From the NCBI RefSeq assembly GCF_006345805.1, contig NW_021827988.1, positions 1-9,285 of the forward strand: a stretch of DNA of 9,285 bases. Reading direction: 5' to 3'. Made by a program: the position numbers and the translations under genes. This document shows positions 6,098 through 9,285 of the stretch, piece by piece. Source of the DNA: Octopus sinensis. Taxonomy: Eukaryota. The stretch's first letter is position 1. The number at the start of each line of letters is the position of its first letter. The notes beneath the pieces are model-generated. The model did not search any database. It worked only from the letters and a program-made list of their open reading frames with translations, and was not told where the DNA came from.

Positions 6098-8003
6098 ATG
6101 GAGTCCGTTAGCCCTCTGACCGAACCTTCTACATCGCAACCGGAAGAACACAAAACCCCAAAAAAGCCATTTTCTCCACACCAAAAAGAAAAACTAAGAT
6201 TAATTGCCCAAGAATTAAAATATTAGGCTTAAGGTCATATTTAATTCACTAATCTTAGATCCACTTTGTCAGAAATAGAGATGAAACAGGCATTGTGCTC
6301 GAACATCCAGTAGTCACTGACATTGAAAATTGCATAATCGAAGCTCAGTGGGATGACGTAATCATATAAATACAATTTCCGTAGGCTTATAAAAATATTC
6401 AACTCCTAAGCAAAATTGTGGATTCTGTAACTATTGAGGTTACGTAATACTGTTCTGTATTTAGAGTAGAAGATACAATATTTAATTTTCAAAAGGAAAT
6501 TTTACGAACTTGTTGAAAATCAAAAATTTTGCTGATGCATTTTTTTGTATTCGCCAGGACCTTACAACATGCTCTTCGGTCGACTTGCTTGAAATTTCGA
6601 AGTTAGATTTACGTTATTATTCAGACTTCTAGTTTCCGTCGGAATAAACGAGAAGGATCCAATCAGAACGGGCAAAATGAGGGAAAAACTTGTTTTCGAA
6701 ATAAACAGTAATTCTGTAATTTATTTTTAAATAGACGTTCTTCCTTCTGATGTTATCGTGCCTCGTTCAGATTAAGACAGCTGATACAACAAGCACATGA
6801 AATGCAGACTCGACGTTGTATTTACCACAACAAAGAATTAAAAACCGATAATGTGAATATTTCGGTCTCTTTTCTGATCACGCTTGTTCAAAGTATTTTT
6901 TATGACCACGTGACTTGTCAGAGAATCTCTTCCAGTTAACAAAATCAAGGTTTTAGATTTTTCCGACGAGGTTCTCTGTGTTAAATTTTCCAACGATGGA
7001 TGTAATTTGGCAGTAGGAACAAAGGATTCAAATCTGGTTATTTTTGGAATAAATGTTTGTCAGTGTGTTATTACGTAATAGAATAGTACCTTTCAGATGA
7101 CTCGGAAGATTTTAATTGAATGTTCTTCTAATAATGATGCTCCGATATTTTCTTTGGCCTGGCACTGCACTGGGAACTATATACTGACCTCCATCGCTCC
7201 ACCTGGAAACTACGTCATACTTGTGGATACCCGGGTTGATATTTTTGCTCTATTTCAGGACTCTACGTTTAGACGGATAACGTTAAATTCTTCGGTACAG
7301 TACATTTCGTGGGATACTATTAATCCGGAACAGTTTTTTGTTGGAGGGAATGGAGGATGTCTACATCTGGCTGTAAGATTATATTAGAATGATTATTTTG
7401 TAGAAAATAAGTGGAGAAATTGTGTTTACACATCAGGGATATAGAGCTGTGGGATTGCACTGTACGAAGACGGGGATGGCTCTTATTGCCGACTCTCATC
7501 GACGAGTCGTATCGTGTAATCTGATCAACATGAGTTTTGACACTCTCTTCCAGGAGGAGAGAAGCATTGTGGCCATGGAACTTGATTCGAAAGAAGAGTA
7601 CATTGCCCTCACGCTTCATAATTCAGTTCAAAATGAAATATATTGAATAACTAGACTATTAATCTCTGGGATTATAGAGCACGTTCTAAAATACACACTT
7701 TCATTGGGACGACTAATTCTGAATATATTGTTAGGTCGTGTGTTGGGGGTTTTGGACAGTCTTTTTATGCTTCCGGAGCTGAGGGTAATATCTGATTTTT
7801 TAGGTTAAGATGGAAATGTATATATTTGGAATTTTGGGAAAAGTAAAAAGATTTTTTCTTTGATTGGTCACACTAAAATGGTGAATTCTGTTCATTGGAA
7901 TCCTGTAAATCCGAGAATGTTGGTTAGTTGTTCGGATGACGAGAAAGTGATAATTTGGGGACCTGAAAATCTTCCAAAACCAGACCGTTTTATTTTATAT
8001 TAA
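6098..8003 (+). CDS. WDR26: WD repeat-containing protein 26 / GID7 homologue (LisH-CTLH-WD40, GID/CTLH E3 ligase subunit); 12 exons, ~536 aa after correcting 5 frameshifts
   Basis: Proposed exons: 6098-6233, 6259-6357, 6385-6438, 6470-6601, 6625-6707, 6735-6892, 6922-7054, 7082-7234, 7259-7372, 7404-7625, 7655-7784, 7810-8003. The spliced product has EKLRLIAQELK.LGL..E.ETGIVLEHP..QWDD, KIQYLIFKRKFYELVE, VLPSDVIVP..RLRQLIQQAHEMQTRRCIYHN, DHAC, VKFSNDGCNLAVGTKDS, ADSHRRV, RSCVGG..SFYASGAEDGNVYIW and GHTKMVNSVHWNPVNPRMLVSCSDDEKVIIWGP. These are collinear with WDR26 motifs as I recall them (RLIGQHL..LG, ESGC.LEHP, LPP.RL..LL.QA..Q...C.YHN, KFSNDG..LATGSKD, SCFGG, GHT.TVN.V.WNP, SDD..VRIWGP). The start codon is uncertain and pseudogene status is not excluded. 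Confidence 0.9.
6234..7809 (+). other. Eleven ultra-short spliceosomal GT-AG introns (23-31 nt)
   Basis: 6234-6258 (25), 6358-6384 (27), 6439-6469 (31), 6602-6624 (23), 6708-6734 (27), 6893-6921 (29), 7055-7081 (27), 7235-7258 (24), 7373-7403 (31), 7626-7654 (29), 7785-7809 (25). Removing them restores collinear WDR26 homology. The 24-nt one is in frame and stop-free, so it is the least certain. Confidence 0.82.
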
Positions 8004-8300
8004 TCTTGGTAGTTTCTCGTTGAGCTTTCTCTATTCCTACGAATAATTCTATATATTACTATTAACGGCTTTTTCTATAAAACTCAAATTTTCATTTATT
8101 TAATATAAAATAATGTTTTATGTTGCCCATTGAATAGAGTTCAGGAAATTGAGTTAACTATAGAAGATTCATTAAAAATAGCATTCTTAAATCTCTAAGT
8201 ATATATTGGGCATCACGAATTTTTAAATCTTCTTGAAATCCCAGTCGTCATTTTTATAATTTAGGTACTAGTATATAACAAAACTTGGTTATATCGAATA

Positions 8301-8483
8301 CTAAGTTCGCTAAGGAAAATAATGTAAAATATCTTTTAAAACAAATATTCAAGAATATTTATTTGTAATCAAAATTGTTTCATGAGTGACAGATCTACAG
8401 CAGACATAGTTTGACCCCATCGATGGGCATGCGCAAATAATCCAAACTACAAAAAGGAAATTCACATTATTGGAATCGATCTT
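8301..8483 (+). mobile_element. Short, old RTE-type RT fragment (not in the ORF track)
   Basis: 8367-8483 translates in one frame as NQNCFMSDRSTADIV*PHRWACANNPNYKKEIHIIGIDL, aligning with SQSGFRPGRSTADVVWSHRWLCAMCQKHKEEISIFGIDL of the element at 4413-5865. LSSLRKIM (8301-8324) aligns with LMNTLRKIL. Weaker similarity may extend left to about 8140. Confidence 0.8.
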
Positions 8484-8741
8484 TTGATGAATTTTAATTT
8501 TTATCAGGAAAAACGTAATAAAAAATTTGAATAAAGAAGATCAGCAGTGTAAAGGTCAGGATAAATTATATTGTTTAACTTTAAATAGAATAAAAGCTTA
8601 CTTCTAAAAAATAAATGTTGCATTTAACAATCATAGTATAATGTTACATGTTCAAAAAGTGAATAAAATAATTTTGATTTATTAAGCCATTTATCCATAG
8701 AAAGGTGTAAATGTGTCATTTTAGTAGTCATCTTTTAAGTC

Positions 8742-9285
8742 TCAGTCTTTTTTCTTATTATGCATATTCGCGATGTTATTTCATGCCCCTCTATTTTGGA
8801 CGACGTATCGTAAAGCGTCAAGATCGTCCCCGTCTTTTAGATTTTTTCCCACCTTCTAGAGGTCTCTGTCCAATATATCCAGGAGAGTATTTTTTGGACA
8901 TCTACGGAAGAGTGGGCCGTGCGCTTTGAAATAGTCCGCCAAAGCGGTGTTTGAAGGTTTCTCCAACTCCATCCATAGGATGTGTCTAAATAACCCCCAT
9001 TCGCATTCTGTAATTTCGAGAGAGATTGGTTTGCTTGACGTCCTGGCATAAACTGTTTTACTGCTGAGCCTTGAATGCCATTTGGAGGCTAGAGTACGCC
9101 GAAGTTGGTATCTATGGAACGAGTCTATATTGAGATTTTCCGTATTTGAAAGTTTCCATGTTCCGGGATTATAGAGGAAGATAGTTTTCCGAAATAAAGT
9201 CCACATTATTTTCGTATGTTGTCAGATTGGTCTTTTTTTAAAACTATGGTTTTAATTCTCTCAATGCAGCTTCTAGATATATGAC
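8742..9285 (-). mobile_element. Second RTE-type LINE 3' fragment with an internal deletion; continues beyond the window
   Basis: Minus strand: VIYLEAALREL (9285-9253), TYENNVDFISE (decayed YADD, 9205-9216), then directly IFLYNPGTWKL..DSFHRYQLR..W..VY..WGLFRHIL..DYF..TLLDILDRDL (ORF 8856-9206), and KNLKDGDDLDALRYVVQNRGA* to a stop at 8742-8744. Homologous to 5413-5865 but clearly diverged from it. Confidence 0.9.

Noticed and set aside
6234-7809. Ten of eleven intron lengths are odd numbers
   Set aside because: A post-hoc pattern in a tiny sample with no plausible mechanism, and lengths are sensitive to indel errors. It would need a genome-wide test.
8416-8427. Perfect 12-bp palindrome CCCATCGATGGG
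   Set aside because: It lies within the P-H-R-W codons of the RTE fragment and is expected occasionally by chance.
5343-8800. TGA at conserved Trp positions in all three RTE copies (5343, 8412, ~8786), hinting at TGA=Trp
   Set aside because: WDR26 and most RTE Trp codons are TGG. TGG-to-TGA is a single G-to-A change consistent with general AT-biased decay.
7320-9049. ORFs 7320-7619 (-), 8711-8929 (+) and 8837-9049 (-)
   Set aside because: They are the antisense of WDR26 exons and antisense/off-frame readings of the RTE fragment.
1-9285. CRISPR arrays, tRNA/rRNA genes, prokaryotic operons or retron-like RT systems
   Set aside because: No regularly spaced repeat-spacer units or RNA-gene signatures were seen. 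The RTs are eukaryotic non-LTR types and the only host gene has spliceosomal introns.

Overview
Eukaryotic, AT-rich genomic DNA in the standard genetic code, not prokaryotic. Bases 1-5865 are a nest of decayed transposons from five clearly recognisable groups: a CRE-clade non-LTR retrotransposon (-), a Tigger/pogo DDE transposase (-), the 3' half of a Buster/Charlie-type hAT element with its right TIR (+), a Tc1 DD34E element with long IR-DR inverted repeats (-) and a 5'-truncated RTE-type LINE (+). A probable Penelope-like RT relic (-) lies between the Tc1 and the RTE. At 6098-8003 (+) is one host gene, a WDR26/GID7 homologue (LisH-CTLH-WD40). It reconstructs as 12 exons split by 11 ultra-short GT-AG introns of 23-31 nt, with five frameshifts, all in the N-terminal half. 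Two more RTE-type relics follow (8301-8483 + and 8742-9285 -). Tiny introns plus a heavy TE load and a CRE element would fit a reduced parasite such as a myxozoan, but that is inference. I found no convincing new biological system. The points most worth checking are the micro-intron architecture, the one-sided frameshift pattern in WDR26 and the GC-rich CRE element. All translations and alignments were done by eye.
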